A stretch of DNA of 53,917 bases from Methanobrevibacter sp. (GTDB lineage: Archaea > Methanobacteriota > Methanobacteria > Methanobacteriales > Methanobacteriaceae). The translations under genes and the position numbers were made by a program. Positions 25,843-37,703 of this stretch are shown in pieces. How positions within the stretch are numbered: the stretch's first letter is position 1; each line of letters opens with the position of its first letter. The notes beneath the pieces were generated by a model, which was not told the DNA's origin, did no database searches, and was given only the letters and a program-made list of their open reading frames with translations. Where the stretch lies: positions 1 to 53,917 of the forward strand of contig NZ_JAZNAN010000064.1 in assembly GCF_045586545.1 (NCBI RefSeq), given 5' to 3'.

Positions 25843-28800
25843 TTATTCTCCATCAACATATTTATTTAAAGATTTTACATTGATTTCATTATTTTGAACA
25901 GCTTGAATACCATTTAAAACTGCTCTTGCTCCAGCTAATGTGGTAACATAAGGAATACCAAGTTCAATAGCTAAACGTCTAATGATATAACCATCTTTTG
26001 CAGATTGTTTACCTTCAGAAGTATTAATAATTAAATCAATTTCATTGTTTAGAATAGCATCTCTGATGTTAGGAGACCCTTGTGATACTTTTAAGATTTT
26101 TTCAACTGAATCTAAACCAGTAGCATCACCGGTTCCATCAGTAGCCACAATGTCAAATCCTAAATTAGCTGCTTTTTCTGCAATAGGCCTGATTTTTTTC
26201 TTATCGGATTCTTTAACACTGATGAATATCTTACCTTTTTTAGGCAATTCCATTCCTGCTGAAAGCTGGGACTTGTAAAATGCCATTCCATAACTTTCAT
26301 CAATACCTATACTTTCACCAGTGGATTTCATTTCAGGACCAAGAACTGTATCTGATTCCGGAAGTTTTAAGAATGGGAATACTGATTCTTTTACTGCAAC
26401 ATGCTCGATTTTAATTTCTTTGGTTAATCCAAAGTCTTTTAGTTTAGCACCTTCCATAATCCAAGTTGCAACTTTAGCTAGTGGCACTCCAATAGCTTTA
26501 CTTACAAACGGAACAGTTCTACTTGCACGAGGGTTAGCTTCAATGATGTAAACCATTTCCTCATCAAGTTTCACAGCATATTGGATATTCATTAAACCTT
26601 TTACATCCAATTCTAATGCCAATTTGGTAGAGTTTTCACGAATGGTGTCTAAGATATGTTCAGGAATAGTTTGAGGAGGTATTACACATGCGGAATCTCC
26701 AGAGTGAACACCTGCTTCTTCGATGTGTTCCATGATTCCTGCAATAAATACATCTTCTCCATCGCATAAAATATCTACATCAAGCTCGATAGCATCTTCC
26801 AGGAATTTGTCTACTAAAATTGGATGGTCTGGTGAAACTTTTACTGCCTCTTTCATATACTCTTCAAGCTCATTCATATCATAAACAATTTCCATTGCCC
26901 TTCCACCAATAACGTATGATGGACGTACAAGAACAGGGAATGTGATTCTATCTGCAATTTCTTTCGCTTCTTCAAAGGAATTAGCTGTTCCATATGGAGC
27001 TTGGTGAATGTGTAATTTTTCTAAAAGTTCAGCAAACAATTCTCTGTCTTCAACTCTGTCAATGCTTTCATAAGGAGTTCCTAGGATTTTGACACCTGCA
27101 TTCGCCAATGGAACTGCCAAGTTAATTGAAGTTTGTCCACCGAACTGCACAATTACTCCATCAGGTTTTTCTTGGTCAATTACCCCCATTACGTCTTCAA
27201 AAGTAATTGGTTCGAAGAATAACTTATCAGAAATGTCATAATCGGTACTTACGGTTTCTGGGTTGTTGTTGATTAATATTGTTTCAATTCCGTCTTCTTT
27301 TAATGCAAGAGAGGAATGTACACAACAGTAATCAAACTCGATACCTTGACCTATTCTAATAGGTCCCGCACCAAGAATTACAACTTTTCTTTTAGTGGTT
27401 GATACCAATTCATTTCCAACATCATAACTGCTGTAGTAATATGGAGTTTTAGCTTCAAACTCTGCAGCACAGGTATCTACCATTTTATAGGATTGTTTGA
27501 TATTGTATCTTGAAAGCAAGTTTCTTATATACTCTTCAGTTTGGCCGGACAAATCTGCTAATCTTTTATTAGAGAAACCAAGCTGTTTTGCTTTTCTGAG
27601 ATATGCTTCATCATTTAATTTGTCGGCGGTAACTTCATTTTCAAAGTTAACGATGTTTCTGATTTTGTATAAGAAGAAATTATCAATTTTAGTGATTTTT
27701 CCTATTTCATCAATATCCATTCCATCCTTAATGGCTGAATAGATTTGGAAATAGATTATATCTGTAGGTTTTGCCAAGTCTTCTTTAGTCCATTCGACAT
27801 ATTCAAACCCGTCAAAGCCCATGTCAAGTGATCTTAATGCTTTTTGGAATGCTTCTTCAAAGGTTCTTCCAATAGCCATTACTTCACCAGTCGCTTTCAT
27901 CTGGACTCCGACTTCACGGCTGACTCCTTTAAATTTGTCAAATGGCCATCTAGGGATTTTGATTACAACATAATCAATAGCAGGTTCAAAGGAAGCAGGG
28001 GTTTCTTTTGTAATATCATTTTTAATTTCATCCAAAGTTAAACCTAATGCGACCTTTGAGGAAATCTTAGCAATAGGATAACCTGTTGCTTTTGATGCAA
28101 GAGCACTACTTCTTGATACACGAGGGTTTACTTCAATGACTTTATATTCATCAGTCTCAGGGTTGAGTGCAAATTGAATATTACATCCACCTCTAATTCC
28201 TAATGCCCTTATAATTTTAATTGATGCGTCACGCATCTTCTGAATGGTTTCATCACATAAACATTGAATAGGTGCAACTACAACACTGTCTCCGGTGTGG
28301 ATACCCATTGGATCTATGTTTTCCATGGTACATACAATAATACAAGTGTCTTCCTTATCTCTCATTACCTCAAATTCTATTTCCTTCCATCCTAAAACTG
28401 ATTCGTCAATAAGAACCTGATTGATGAAACTCATGTCTAATCCATGATTTGCAATTTCGATTAATTCCTCTTCATTATGGGCTATTCCCCCACCAGTTCC
28501 ACCTAATGTGAATGCCGGCCTTACAATAACCGGATAGCCAATGTCTTCAACAGCTTTAAGCGCATCTTCTACACTTTCAACAGCTTGACATTTAGGAATT
28601 TCTTCACCAATCTCTTCCATAAGATTAGCAAACAAATCACGGTCTTCTACATCTTTAATTGTCTGAACATCAGAACCAATGACCTTAATTCCTTCCAATA
28701 ATCCTAAGTCTCCAAGACCTGTTGCAATATTTAATCCGGTTTGTCCACCCATGGTTGGTAAAATAGCATCAACTTTTTCTTCTTTTATGATTTTAGCAAC

Positions 28801-29019
28801 AACTTCTGGAGTTAATGGTTCAGTGTAAACAGTGTCTGCCATTCCTAAATCTGTTTGAATTGTAGCTGGATTACTGTTAACAAGCACTGTTTCAATACCT
28901 TCCTCTCTCAGTGATTTACATGCTTGGGAACCGGAATAATCGAACTCTGCAGCCTGTCCGATTTGAATAGGTCCGGAACCAATAATTAAAACTTTTTTAA
29001 TATCTTTATCAACTGGCAT
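25843..29019 (-). CDS. carB: Carbamoyl-phosphate synthase large subunit
   Basis: [17 protein letters not shown], duplicated ATP-grasp halves, C-terminal MGS domain. Confidence 0.99.
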   Translation of the reverse strand: MPVDKDIKKVLIIGSGPIQIGQAAEFDYSGSQACKSLREEGIETVLVNSNPATIQTDLGMADTVYTEPLTPEVVAKIIKEEKVDAILPTMGGQTGLNIATGLGDLGLLEGIKVIGSDVQTIKDVEDRDLFANLMEEIGEEIPKCQAVESVEDALKAVEDIGYPVIVRPAFTLGGTGGGIAHNEEELIEIANHGLDMSFINQVLIDESVLGWKEIEFEVMRDKEDTCIIVCTMENIDPMGIHTGDSVVVAPIQCLCDETIQKMRDASIKIIRALGIRGGCNIQFALNPETDEYKVIEVNPRVSRSSALASKATGYPIAKISSKVALGLTLDEIKNDITKETPASFEPAIDYVVIKIPRWPFDKFKGVSREVGVQMKATGEVMAIGRTFEEAFQKALRSLDMGFDGFEYVEWTKEDLAKPTDIIYFQIYSAIKDGMDIDEIGKITKIDNFFLYKIRNIVNFENEVTADKLNDEAYLRKAKQLGFSNKRLADLSGQTEEYIRNLLSRYNIKQSYKMVDTCAAEFEAKTPYYYSSYDVGNELVSTTKRKVVILGAGPIRIGQGIEFDYCCVHSSLALKEDGIETILINNNPETVSTDYDISDKLFFEPITFEDVMGVIDQEKPDGVIVQFGGQTSINLAVPLANAGVKILGTPYESIDRVEDRELFAELLEKLHIHQAPYGTANSFEEAKEIADRITFPVLVRPSYVIGGRAMEIVYDMNELEEYMKEAVKVSPDHPILVDKFLEDAIELDVDILCDGEDVFIAGIMEHIEEAGVHSGDSACVIPPQTIPEHILDTIRENSTKLALELDVKGLMNIQYAVKLDEEMVYIIEANPRASRTVPFVSKAIGVPLAKVATWIMEGAKLKDFGLTKEIKIEHVAVKESVFPFLKLPESDTVLGPEMKSTGESIGIDESYGMAFYKSQLSAGMELPKKGKIFISVKESDKKKIRPIAEKAANLGFDIVATDGTGDATGLDSVEKILKVSQGSPNIRDAILNNEIDLIINTSEGKQSAKDGYIIRRLAIELGIPYVTTLAGARAVLNGIQAVQNNEINVKSLNKYVDGE

Positions 29020-29030
29020 ATTAAATCCCC

Positions 29031-30113
29031 TTAATAATCTTCCATCATTTGGTTAAATTCATCAAAAATGCTTCTTGTATCATTTGGACCAGGACCTGCT
29101 TCAGGGTGGTACTGTATACAATGCAATGGTAATTCTTTATGTGAAATACCTTCTGGAGTTCCATCATTTAAGTTGATTTGGGTTAAAACCAAATCAGTTT
29201 CATTTAATGATTCCTTATCAATGGTAAAACCATGGTTTTGTGAAGTAATAAATACTTTGCCGGTTTCTAAGTCCTTAACCGGTTGATTTTCACCACGGTG
29301 GCCGAATTTCATTTTATATGACTTTGCTCCAAAAGATTTAGCTATTAACTGCTGACCCATACAAATACCGAAAATCGGTAATCTGTTGGATAATTTTTTC
29401 ATAGTTTCAATGGTCTCAGTTACCCTATCCGGATTTCCAGGCCCGGATGTAATCATTAAACCATTAGGAGAATAGTCCAAAATGGTTTTATAATCAGTAT
29501 CATAAGGGAATAAAATTACACCAATGTCCCTTTCTAAAAATGAATTAATAATATTCCTTTTAACACCACAATCGATTAAAGCAACTTTCTTATCGGCATC
29601 TTCATTAAACATCTTAATTTCTTTAGTGGATACTAATGGAACAACATCTCTCTCTTCAATGCTTGGTTGTTCGCGTGCCATCTCAATCAATTTTTCATCA
29701 TCAATATCCTCAGTAGTAATCGCTGCTTTAAGTGAACCTCTTTCACGGATTTTAAGTGTTAAATCACGAGTGTCAATTCCACAAATTCCCGGAGTTTCAA
29801 ATTCTTTTAAAAACTCATCTAAAGTTTTTTGAGGTCCGAAGTTAGACACTTCACGACAAACTTCACGACAAACAAAACCTTCAACCTGAACCTTATCAGA
29901 TTGGTACCACTCCTCACTTACCCCATGATTTCCTTCTAAAGGATAAGTGGACATTAAAATTTCTCCTCTAAAAGACAGATCAGTTAAAGATTCAGTGTAG
30001 CCCCCCATACCTGTGGAAAAAACAAGTTCTCCCAATTTGGTGGTTTCATAACCGAAAGCTTCACCTTTTAAAATAGTTCCATCTTCCAAAGCTAATTTAG
30101 CTATTTTCACCAT
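29031..30113 (-). CDS. carA: Carbamoyl-phosphate synthase small subunit
   Basis: SGPGNP, GICMGQQ, FGHRG.N, QYHPE. Confidence 0.99.
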   Translation of the reverse strand: MVKIAKLALEDGTILKGEAFGYETTKLGELVFSTGMGGYTESLTDLSFRGEILMSTYPLEGNHGVSEEWYQSDKVQVEGFVCREVCREVSNFGPQKTLDEFLKEFETPGICGIDTRDLTLKIRERGSLKAAITTEDIDDEKLIEMAREQPSIEERDVVPLVSTKEIKMFNEDADKKVALIDCGVKRNIINSFLERDIGVILFPYDTDYKTILDYSPNGLMITSGPGNPDRVTETIETMKKLSNRLPIFGICMGQQLIAKSFGAKSYKMKFGHRGENQPVKDLETGKVFITSQNHGFTIDKESLNETDLVLTQINLNDGTPEGISHKELPLHCIQYHPEAGPGPNDTRSIFDEFNQMMEDY

Positions 30114-30320
30114 TAAATCACCATCATAAAATATAAAAATTTACTATCTTTATTATATTTTATTTTAATATTTTATTAATGTTTGTTTTTTAGTCAATTT
30201 CAGTGCATTTTTTAGAAAAATGATACACAATTCAAATAGAAATTTTTTAAAATCTTGAAAAAAATTTAATTAAAATCATGATTAAAAATATATTCAGATA
30301 TAAATTTCAAGAGAAGAAAT

Positions 30321-31841
30321 ATGGATAAAAATTCTTTAAAACTAATCAAACAGCAATTCAAAAACCCTAGGGATTTCGCAAAGTTCAAAAAGCTAGTCAG
30401 TGAAACAAAAGCCTATGAAGTTCCAAAATCTCTAAAGGGAGAATTAAGACCCTACCAGAAAATAGGTTATTCCTGGCTTGTTCAAAATATAAAATACAAT
30501 TTTGGGTGCATATTGGCCGATGATATGGGTCTTGGTAAAACAGTCCAGGTTTTAAGCACAATTCTTCATTTTAAAGAGCAAAATCCCCTAGATAATGAAC
30601 CCTCACTAATAATTGTGCCACCTACATTAATTTCCAATTGGGAAAATGAAATTAAAAAATTCACTCCAGAATTAACCTATTACATATATCATGGATCCAA
30701 TAGAACATTTCCATTTGAAGACTACGACATCATATTAACATCTTACGGAGTAATTCGGCTTGATTTAGACATGTTTATGGATAAAGAATGGTTTATATGT
30801 GTTATTGATGAGGCACAAAACATTAAAAATCCTAATACTCAGCAAACAAAAGCTATTAAAAGTGTTCCTGCATTGAATAAAATTGCATTAACCGGTACTC
30901 CGATTGAAAACAAGTTAACGGACTACTGGTCAATATTTGATTTTGTAAATAAAGGATATCTATCAAGCCTTGATAGCTTTAAAGCAAATTACGTCATGAG
31001 AATTGAAAGACTTGAAGAGACAAAGACATTGGAAAAATTTAAAACAATAACAAAACCATTTGTCCTAAGGCGTCTTAAGACTGATGACAACATTAAGGAC
31101 GAGCTTCCGGACAAAATCGTTAATGACATTTACTGCAGCCTAACCAAAAAGCAGATATTACTATACAATGCAATAATGGAGGGAATTTTTGAGGATTTGG
31201 AAGGAAAAACCGGCATTGAACGTAGAGGAATCATTTTAAATATAATAACCGGTTTAAAACAAGCTTGCAATCACCCTGCACAATATCTGCGCTCAGACAA
31301 CCCTAAAATTTCAGAATCCGGAAAAATGGAACTGTTGATTACAATTCTGGAAAATATTCTGGATGTCGATGAAAAAGTCATAATATTCACCCAATATGCC
31401 CAAATGGGCGAAATCATACAAAAGTTAGTTTCCAAAAAGTTAAAAACTGACGTGCTATTTTTACATGGTTCACTGACACAGCAAAAACGGGATGAAGTGA
31501 TTACAACCTTCCAAGAGGATGAAGACCATAAAATTCTAGTTGCAACCCTTAAAACCGGAGGGGTTGGATTAAACCTGACAGCCGCTCAAAATGTAATCCA
31601 TTATGATTTGTGGTGGAATCCTGCCATTGAAAACCAGGCCACAGACCGCGTACACAGAATTGGACAAAAAAGTGATGTGATGGTATATAGGTTTATCACA
31701 AAAGGAACTCTTGAAGAAGTAATTGATGAAATGAGCAAAAATAAATTAGATTTGGCTGAAAAAGCCATTAGTAGTGATGAAACATTCATTACAGAAATGA
31801 GCAATGAAGAATTGAAAGAAAAATTATCATTGAGATTATGA
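30321..31841 (+). CDS. SNF2-family SF2 ATPase
   Basis: LADDMGLGKT, DEAQ, LTGTPIEN, GG.GLNL, WWNPA.E.QA.DR.HRIGQ. Confidence 0.95.
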   Translation: MDKNSLKLIKQQFKNPRDFAKFKKLVSETKAYEVPKSLKGELRPYQKIGYSWLVQNIKYNFGCILADDMGLGKTVQVLSTILHFKEQNPLDNEPSLIIVPPTLISNWENEIKKFTPELTYYIYHGSNRTFPFEDYDIILTSYGVIRLDLDMFMDKEWFICVIDEAQNIKNPNTQQTKAIKSVPALNKIALTGTPIENKLTDYWSIFDFVNKGYLSSLDSFKANYVMRIERLEETKTLEKFKTITKPFVLRRLKTDDNIKDELPDKIVNDIYCSLTKKQILLYNAIMEGIFEDLEGKTGIERRGIILNIITGLKQACNHPAQYLRSDNPKISESGKMELLITILENILDVDEKVIIFTQYAQMGEIIQKLVSKKLKTDVLFLHGSLTQQKRDEVITTFQEDEDHKILVATLKTGGVGLNLTAAQNVIHYDLWWNPAIENQATDRVHRIGQKSDVMVYRFITKGTLEEVIDEMSKNKLDLAEKAISSDETFITEMSNEELKEKLSLRL

Positions 31842-31844
31842 TAA

Positions 31845-32669
31845 TTATTCAATTTTCAAACTAAAGTTTAAACTTCTAGAAGAATGTGTTAATGCACCAA
31901 TAGAGATGATATCAACACCATATTCAACATAATCCAGTATATTGTCTTCAGTAATTCCTCCAGAAACTTCAATTAAAGAGTTCTGACGAATATCAAGTTT
32001 TTTAAGCTCATCAATGACCTCTTTAACTTCCTCACCGGACATATTGTCAAGCATTACAATATCCGCTTTATTCTTTACGCATTCAATAGCATCATCTAAT
32101 GTTTCTACTTCAATTTCGATTTTTTTAGAAAAGCTAGTGTTCTCTTTTGCCTTTAATAATGCTTCTAGTGGAGTTCCACATACGGCAATATGATTATCCT
32201 TAATTAAAACCATATCATCTAAACTGAAACGGTGAGTATCAACACCCCCCACTTTTAAAGCATATTTGTCAAATTTAGCAATAGCGGGGGAAGTTTTGCG
32301 TGTCCCGGCAATTTTGACATCATAATCCTTAACTAAACTGGCATAATAATCTGCAGCACTAGCCACACCACTCATTCGCATAGATAAATTGAGTACTGTC
32401 CTTTCAAGTAGCAGAATTGTCCTTGCATCCCCTTTCATTGACATTATCAAATCATTCTTATTAATTTTAGTCCCATCCATTAACCAGAATGTAACTTTAA
32501 CACCATACTCTTCAAATACTTCACGAATAATGTCGCTGCCTGCTAGAATACCTTCATCTTTTGAAATAATATATGCCTTTACTTCACTGCCCTTTTCAAT
32601 AACAGCATTGGAAGTGATGTCTCCAAATCCTTCATCTTCTGCCAGCATATATTCAATAATTTTATCCAA
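31845..32669 (-). CDS. nadC: Nicotinate-nucleotide pyrophosphorylase (carboxylating)
   Basis: TRKT, HR..L.D.VLIKDNH, EIEVE, MLDN, SGGI; TTG start. Confidence 0.97.
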   Translation of the reverse strand: MDKIIEYMLAEDEGFGDITSNAVIEKGSEVKAYIISKDEGILAGSDIIREVFEEYGVKVTFWLMDGTKINKNDLIMSMKGDARTILLLERTVLNLSMRMSGVASAADYYASLVKDYDVKIAGTRKTSPAIAKFDKYALKVGGVDTHRFSLDDMVLIKDNHIAVCGTPLEALLKAKENTSFSKKIEIEVETLDDAIECVKNKADIVMLDNMSGEEVKEVIDELKKLDIRQNSLIEVSGGITEDNILDYVEYGVDIISIGALTHSSRSLNFSLKIE

Positions 32670-32730
32670 AAAATCACCTAAAATTTAATAATTATTATTA
32701 ATATATACAGTTATTATAATATAAAAATAA

Positions 32731-33642
32731 GTGATTAAATTGGAAATAACATTTTTAGGAACATCTTCAGCGGTCCATTCAAAAGACAGGAATCATCCTT
32801 CAATTGCACTTAAAGCATTTGGAGAAGTTTTTTTATTTGATTGTGGGGAAGGCACTCAAAGGCAATTAATATATACAAATGTAAGTCCTATGAAAATTGA
32901 CAAAATATTCATTTCACATTACCATGGAGATCATATTTTAGGCCTTCCGGGATTGCTACAATCATTAAGCCTGCTTGGACGGGAAGAAAAATTAACAATA
33001 TATGGTCCAAGAGGACTGGATAGGCTTGAAAGTGCCATTTATAGCTTAGGATACTGTGCAATTGAGTTTCCAATTGATTTTGTTGAAATTGATAGTGGAA
33101 CAGTGATTGAAACTGAAGAATACATAGTCAAAGCTCAACTCGTCAAACATAATGTTCCTAATTTGGCTTACTCCATTGAAGAGAAGAAAAAACCAAGATT
33201 CCTACGTGAAAAAGCAATTGAACTTGGAGTTCCGGTAGGACCTAAATTTGGAAAATTGCACAACGGCGAAGAGGTTGAAGTGGATGGGAAGATAATTAAA
33301 CCTGAACAGGTACTTGGAGAGCCGAGGAAAGGCATTAAAATTACATATTCCGGCGATTCAAAACCTTGTGAAGAAATGATTATGCTTGCAAAGGACAGCA
33401 CCCTTCTTATTCACGAATCAACATTTACAAAAGAAGATTATAATAATGCAGAAGAACATTTTCACTCAACATCACAAGATGCAGCCATGATTGCTAAGGA
33501 ATCCAATTCCAAACAACTGATTCTAACCCACATCAGCACTCGATATGGCGAAGAATATGCTAAAATAATGTTAAAGGAAGCTAAAGAAGTATTTGAAAAT
33601 ACTGAACTGGCTGAAGATTTGATGGAAATAAAATTGCGGTGA
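32731..33642 (+). CDS. rnz: Ribonuclease Z
   Basis: FLGT, DCGEG, SHYHGDH, exosite GVPVGP, THIS.RY. Confidence 0.97.
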   Translation: MIKLEITFLGTSSAVHSKDRNHPSIALKAFGEVFLFDCGEGTQRQLIYTNVSPMKIDKIFISHYHGDHILGLPGLLQSLSLLGREEKLTIYGPRGLDRLESAIYSLGYCAIEFPIDFVEIDSGTVIETEEYIVKAQLVKHNVPNLAYSIEEKKKPRFLREKAIELGVPVGPKFGKLHNGEEVEVDGKIIKPEQVLGEPRKGIKITYSGDSKPCEEMIMLAKDSTLLIHESTFTKEDYNNAEEHFHSTSQDAAMIAKESNSKQLILTHISTRYGEEYAKIMLKEAKEVFENTELAEDLMEIKLR

Positions 33643-33646
33643 TACG

Positions 33647-34396
33647 ATGAACATTCCAACAATTGCTGACCCTGCAAAGATTTTACTTTATACTTTAGTG
33701 ATAATAATAATCGCATCCATTATAACAAGACTTGTAGCCTACTCAATGAATAAAATGCAAAGATTCAAAAAAGACATGACTGCGATTTATCTTATTCGAG
33801 ATATAATCAATTATATAATTTATTTTATTGCATTTATGATAATTCTACAATTCTTTGGAATAAATCTTGCCGGAACACTATTAAGCTTAGGAATTGTAGG
33901 TATTGCAGTGAGTTTTGCTGCCAAAGACATCATATCCAACCTCTTTTCAGGAATTATCCTGATAATGGGTAAAAGTATTAAAGTGGGAGATACAATTGAA
34001 ATAGATGGTAAAAAGGGTTTTGTCGAGAGAATATCCCTTAGATCAACCATTGTTATTGATGATTTAGGCGTAAGGAATGTAATTCCCAATTCTGTCCTAA
34101 CAAATAACATTTATTTACAATTTAAACCTCCTGAAAAGTATAGGGTGGACATAACAGCAGGATTGCCTTTAAATGTTGACATTAATGAATTTGAAAGATA
34201 TATTATTGAAAAAATGGAAAGTTACGGTGATATTGCGGAAAATCCAAATCCCAAAATTTTTGCAAAAGAAATAATATTCAATGAAAGCCGTGTTAAGGTA
34301 TCCTTTTGGGTAAAAGATTATAACGATAAAGATAGATATAAAATAATAGTCAGTAATGATATAAGAAATTTTATAGAAATGGGTGAGGAAAAATGA
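33647..34396 (+). CDS. Small-conductance mechanosensitive channel family protein
   Basis: GIAVSFAAKD..SNLFSG, IKVGD.I, IPNS. Confidence 0.92.
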   Translation: MNIPTIADPAKILLYTLVIIIIASIITRLVAYSMNKMQRFKKDMTAIYLIRDIINYIIYFIAFMIILQFFGINLAGTLLSLGIVGIAVSFAAKDIISNLFSGIILIMGKSIKVGDTIEIDGKKGFVERISLRSTIVIDDLGVRNVIPNSVLTNNIYLQFKPPEKYRVDITAGLPLNVDINEFERYIIEKMESYGDIAENPNPKIFAKEIIFNESRVKVSFWVKDYNDKDRYKIIVSNDIRNFIEMGEEK

Positions 34397-35310
34397 ACAA
34401 AGCTCTTCAAGATGAAATTTTGAAATTGAAAGAAGAAAAAAATGCGATAATTCTTGCACACAACTACCAACCAAAAGAGGTACAGGAAATTGCTGATTTT
34501 CTTGGAGATTCGCTAGAATTATGTATAAAAGCTTCAGAGATTGATGATAAAGATTTAGTAATCTTTTGTGGTGTAGACTTTATGGCCGAAACTGCATTCA
34601 TTCTAAATCCAGATAAAAAAATCGTCATTCCAACATTAGAAGCCGAATGCCCAATGGCACATATGCTGCCTGAAGAGGTTCTCATAGAAGCTAAAAAAGA
34701 GCACCCTGATGCAGGAGTAATTCTTTATGTAAACAGTATTGCTGAAGCAAAACAGCATGCAGACACTTTATGTACTTCAGCAAATGCGGTTAAAGTTGCA
34801 GAAAGCTTGCCTCATGATAAAATCTTGTTTGGACCTGATAAAAACTTGGGAAATCACGTGGCAGAAAAAATCGATAAAGAAATTATACCGGTTCCAAAAG
34901 ACGGCCATTGTTACGTTCACAGGCTATTCCATGTGGAAGATGTTGAACTTAAAAGAGAACAATATCCGAATGCAGAGATAATCTGCCACCCAGAATGTGA
35001 TATGAAAGTTCAAAATGCATGTGATGTTGTAATGTCAACTGGAGGAATGCTAAGACATATCGCTGAAAGTGATAAAGAGGAATTCGTGATTGGAACAGAA
35101 ATTGACATGATTACAAGAATCAACTCTGAAGTTCCGGGCAAAAAGTTATATCCATTACTGGAAGGGGCAATTTGTAAAACAATGAAATTGCACACTTTAG
35201 AAAAAATAAGAGACTCACTTGTTAATGAAGCTCCGGAAGTTGTTCTGCCAAAAGAAGTTGCGGACAAATCTAGAAAAGCCGTTCAACACATGCTTGATGT
35301 ATCAAAATAG
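34393..35310 (+). CDS. nadA: Quinolinate synthase
   Basis: LAHNYQ, GDSL, CGV.FMAE, CPMA, CYVH, HPEC. Confidence 0.97.
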   Translation: MNKALQDEILKLKEEKNAIILAHNYQPKEVQEIADFLGDSLELCIKASEIDDKDLVIFCGVDFMAETAFILNPDKKIVIPTLEAECPMAHMLPEEVLIEAKKEHPDAGVILYVNSIAEAKQHADTLCTSANAVKVAESLPHDKILFGPDKNLGNHVAEKIDKEIIPVPKDGHCYVHRLFHVEDVELKREQYPNAEIICHPECDMKVQNACDVVMSTGGMLRHIAESDKEEFVIGTEIDMITRINSEVPGKKLYPLLEGAICKTMKLHTLEKIRDSLVNEAPEVVLPKEVADKSRKAVQHMLDVSK

Positions 35311-35326
35311 CTAGTTTAACTAGCTA
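35308..35326. terminator. Palindrome between convergent nadA and hydrolase genes
   Basis: TAGCTAGTT-T-AACTAGCTA followed by T-rich tract. Confidence 0.55.
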
Positions 35327-35332
35327 CCCATT

Positions 35333-36310
35333 TTATTTTTTTAAATCATCTAAAAATGAAACTATTTCTGAAAGAATCTCAGTATAATTATTTTCATCAT
35401 AAAAGCTTTCTTTTTCTTTAAATACTGCGACAGTTGAATTTTTAATAACATCCTTTAGATTGAGAATATCTTTTTCTGCATTGATAAATAAATAATCTTC
35501 CAAACCTAAAATTAATGCTTTTGCTTTAATATCGGATAATTTATCAAGAACATCATATTCTAAAATACAATCATTACGTGATTTAAAGTCATGAATATCC
35601 ATGAACAATCCTTCATCAACATAATCCTCCATTAAAACATCAATTTCATCATTGGATAATTCTTCAAGAATGCCTCTTGAAAAATAACCTGCGAATAATA
35701 ATCTTGTAATGGCTACGACCAGTTTAGATAAAGAAACGCTATATTCATCAGTGTAAAAATCATCTGATGAATCAATTATTGCTTCTGCACATTTAACCAA
35801 AACATAATGATATCCATATGCCTTAAATGAAGAATTTAGAATGACTATAAACTCCATTTCCTCAGGATATTCGCAAGCCCAAGTATAGACTTCAAATCCT
35901 CCTGTACCCTCACCGATAATTCCGAAGATTTCTTTGATATTGAATTTTTCAGCTAAAAATTGCCTTTTAAAATTAACTCTATCCCTAAAAGAATATGATG
36001 GAAAATTATATCTTAAACCGGTAGAAGACGGAGAACAAGAATCCGGTGTTCCAAGTGAAGTAATTCTAATGAATAAATAATCGTTTTTATTAAAGTTGAA
36101 TTTTTTAATAAATTCATGATATTTGTCTAAAACGGAATGCCCTCCTTTGAGAGTTGGACAAAAAACAATAGCATTGACAATATTGCCATTATCATCATAT
36201 TTAGGAATCCCACTAGTTCCATACTCGACATTAACATTCTCTAAAACCCTTCCAGATTCAAATTCAAAAGAGTCCATAACATAATTGCTAGATTCAACAT
36301 GGGGATTCAT
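35333..36310 (-). CDS. Homoserine O-acetyltransferase-like alpha/beta hydrolase, catalytic Ser missing
   Basis: Clear paralog of 36642-37619 (MDSFEFE.G.VL, SLG.P.SCSPS, FP.YS..D.VNF..QFL); GEGTGG instead of GxSMGG. Confidence 0.8.
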   Translation of the reverse strand: MNPHVESSNYVMDSFEFESGRVLENVNVEYGTSGIPKYDDNGNIVNAIVFCPTLKGGHSVLDKYHEFIKKFNFNKNDYLFIRITSLGTPDSCSPSSTGLRYNFPSYSFRDRVNFKRQFLAEKFNIKEIFGIIGEGTGGFEVYTWACEYPEEMEFIVILNSSFKAYGYHYVLVKCAEAIIDSSDDFYTDEYSVSLSKLVVAITRLLFAGYFSRGILEELSNDEIDVLMEDYVDEGLFMDIHDFKSRNDCILEYDVLDKLSDIKAKALILGLEDYLFINAEKDILNLKDVIKNSTVAVFKEKESFYDENNYTEILSEIVSFLDDLKK

Positions 36311-36376
36311 AATAACACCAACATTTTATAATTTTTCTATTACCCTATATAAACCTTAATGAGTGTAATATAATCA

Positions 36377-36652
36377 TTACATATCTTCTAAAAAGCTGGA
36401 CAGAAACACATTCATTTCTAGTTCTTCACGAGCTATGAAATCATCTATCCTAATTTTTGCAACATCACTTTGGAAAGGATATAAATCTGGAGAAAAATGC
36501 ATAGTTAACCTTAAATGGTTATCTTCTAATGATGTTTCCTCATCCAAGTTGTCATGAAGATAATTCAATTGTTCCGGCAACAGGCCTAATACTTCATAAG
36601 TTACAAAGTTTTTCTCCCCACTTTGCCCATAATCAACAATATTAACAATCAT
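36377..36652 (-). CDS. Small hypothetical protein
   Basis: ATG at 36652 after GGAGG, overlapping end of upstream hydrolase. Confidence 0.7.
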   Translation of the reverse strand: MIVNIVDYGQSGEKNFVTYEVLGLLPEQLNYLHDNLDEETSLEDNHLRLTMHFSPDLYPFQSDVAKIRIDDFIAREELEMNVFLSSFLEDM

Positions 36653-37619
36653 CAAATTCCTCCATGAACTCATTTAATTCATTTTTAATGCTTTCCAAAT
36701 CATTGAAACATAGGTGACCCAATTCAGAATCCATTATAATCAATTCAGAATCTTTAATCATTTTAGACATTGGAATTGCATCCAATTCAGGTGGGAAATG
36801 AGGATCTTGTTTACATGCAATGATTAACACTTTAGATTTGATTTTATCCAAATCATCCTCAACATCATAATTCATGCAAGCTGCATTGCAGTACTTTAAA
36901 TCATAAATATCCGTTTCTATGCTTTCATTTCCAAAGTTTTCAAATTCAGAAGCCAGTTCAATATTGGACATATCTCTCAAGGCTTCCTTTGAAAGACCGA
37001 AATTAAATTCCGCCAAACAGGCGATTCTTAAAGTTCTGATTAAAGAATAAGTTAGTTCGCCCTTGGCATAATCGGGATCAGAGGTTATTATCTCATCGAC
37101 AAACTTTGATAAAATAAAATCATGGCCTGCAACCTTAAAAGTGCTTACTCCACAAATGATGAAATCACAAAAATCTGGATATTCAATAGCCAGTGTTAAT
37201 CCGACAAAGCCTCCCATGGAATTGCCTATTAATCCTAAAACATGCTCAATTCCAAATTTTTCCTTTAAAAATTGTTTTTGAAAATTGACTACATCAACAA
37301 GAGAATATTTGGGGAATCTATTTTTTAAGTCGGTTGCTGATGGGGAACATGAGCCTGGTGAGCCCAATGAAGATATGGAAATGAAAAAATATTTTTCTTT
37401 ATCAAAAGGATCACTTTTACAGGACAACGGGAAAATCTTTTTCATGGATGAATAATTGCCTAAGGAACCGTGAGCATACAGAATAGCATTATTTAAAACT
37501 CCCTTATCATCATATTTTGGAGTTCCAAAAGTCATATACTCAACTTTAACATCATTTAAAACTTCACCGTTTTCAAATTCAAAAGAATCCATTGTAAAAT
37601 ACTTTTTTTGACTTTCCAA
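36642..37619 (-). CDS. Homoserine O-acetyltransferase-like (MetX fold) alpha/beta hydrolase
   Basis: GNSMGG, QDPHFP, ELGH catalytic triad candidates. Confidence 0.85.
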   Translation of the reverse strand: MESQKKYFTMDSFEFENGEVLNDVKVEYMTFGTPKYDDKGVLNNAILYAHGSLGNYSSMKKIFPLSCKSDPFDKEKYFFISISSLGSPGSCSPSATDLKNRFPKYSLVDVVNFQKQFLKEKFGIEHVLGLIGNSMGGFVGLTLAIEYPDFCDFIICGVSTFKVAGHDFILSKFVDEIITSDPDYAKGELTYSLIRTLRIACLAEFNFGLSKEALRDMSNIELASEFENFGNESIETDIYDLKYCNAACMNYDVEDDLDKIKSKVLIIACKQDPHFPPELDAIPMSKMIKDSELIIMDSELGHLCFNDLESIKNELNEFMEEFDDC

Positions 37620-37703
37620 ATATTCGTCATCGTAAATTTAAATCCCTCCAATTAAATTTCTTAAAAACAAAATATTTAAATTAAACTCAACAATGTTATT
37701 GTA

